Shown here: positions 37,947-38,288 of the stretch, piece after piece | How positions within the stretch are numbered: position 1 is the first letter of the stretch | Layout of the letters: each line of letters begins with the position of its first letter | Source of the DNA: Bdellovibrionales bacterium | GTDB taxonomy: Bacteria; Bdellovibrionota_G; JALEGL01; JAGRAY01 | DNA: 38,288 nt | Assembly (NCBI GenBank): GCA_020434375.1 | Contig: JAGRAY010000001.1 | Coordinates: 1 to 38,288 of the forward strand | Reading direction: 5' to 3' | Notes under the pieces: model-generated | Database searches by the model: none | What the model was told of the DNA's origin: nothing | Seen by the model: only the letters and a program-made list of their open reading frames with translations | Made by a program: the position numbers and the translations under genes

Positions 37947-38288
37947 TTGGCTCAGTACACTGCCCTTTTTGATGCATGTGTGTTGTATCCGATGGGTCTT
38001 CGCGACCTTTTGATGGAACTTGCCCTCACGGACACGTTTCGCGCACGGTGGACGAATGAAATACTAGATGAATGGGTTGATGCAATCCACGAAAGACGCC
38101 CCGACATTCCAAAACAAAATTTAAGCAAGCAGCGCGCGTTAATGAATGACCATGTCCGTGATGCCTTGATTGAAAACTACCAAGACTTGATTCCAACGCT
38201 ATCCTTGCCGGACCCTAAGGATCGGCATGTTCTAGCTGCAGCGATTCGTGGCCGTGCAGATGCCATTGTTACTTTTAATCTTAAAGAT
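37947..38288 (+). CDS. PIN-domain ribonuclease toxin (VapC-like, PIN_3 type), 3'-truncated by the window edge
   Basis: Not in the ORF track (no stop inside the window). Hand translation from TTG 37947 gives (M)AQYTALFDACVLYPMGLRDLLMELALTDTFRARWTNEILDEWVDAIHERRPDIPKQNL...LPDPKDRHVLAAAIRGRADAIVTFNLKD, with conserved acidic residues (FDACVL, DPKDRHVLAAA, TFNLKD). TTG is the only canonical in-frame start between the upstream stop (37902-37904) and the first conserved Asp. Confidence 0.8.
   Translation, partial: MAQYTALFDACVLYPMGLRDLLMELALTDTFRARWTNEILDEWVDAIHERRPDIPKQNLSKQRALMNDHVRDALIENYQDLIPTLSLPDPKDRHVLAAAIRGRADAIVTFNLKD

Noticed and set aside
37708-37977. 89-aa minus-strand ORF
   Set aside because: It is antisense to the conserved HTH motif of the antitoxin and to the start of the PIN gene.

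Overview
This 38.3-kb window is the replication-origin neighbourhood of an AT-rich Gram-negative bacterium. GC looks like roughly 40% by eye and was not computed. The dnaA-dnaN-recF-gyrB-gyrA order, a DnaA-box cluster between dnaA and dnaN, and a DUF4388/PATAN protein would fit a Bdellovibrio-like or Oligoflexia-type lineage, but that is inference only. The minus-strand block 82-10758 holds parB, parA, mnmG, a hexapeptide-repeat protein, mnmE, two prepilin-like genes, jag/khpB, yidC, yidD, rnpA and rpmH. rpmH is below the ORF-track size cut-off and was found by hand. The plus-strand block 11274-20152 holds dnaA, a candidate oriC, dnaN, recF, gyrB and gyrA. Next come a lipoprotein, a 1524-aa orphan secreted/membrane protein, an MltB-like lytic transglycosylase, a TPR lipoprotein, hemL, two TPM-domain proteins, a DUF4388 protein and an EamA transporter. 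From about 32.9 kb to the window end lies an accessory island. It contains a 116-aa hypothetical protein and a short standalone SIR2-like (SIR2_2-type) protein. Transcribed divergently from the SIR2-like gene are an AbrB/MazE-fold gene and a 569-aa protein with a PD-(D/E)xK nuclease-like motif. After these come an orphan AbiEi-like antitoxin/regulator with what looks like a 16-codon stump of its toxin gene, and an HTH(excisionase-type)/PIN toxin-antitoxin pair whose PIN gene runs off the window (not in the ORF track). The SIR2 / AbrB / 569-aa cluster is my best candidate for an undescribed defence-type system. Other hand-found signals are two perfect parS 16-mers inside coding regions near parAB, and a 107-bp hairpin-forming repeat present twice (7141-7247 and 26021-26127). 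No rRNA, tRNA, CRISPR array, transposase or integrase was recognisable by eye.
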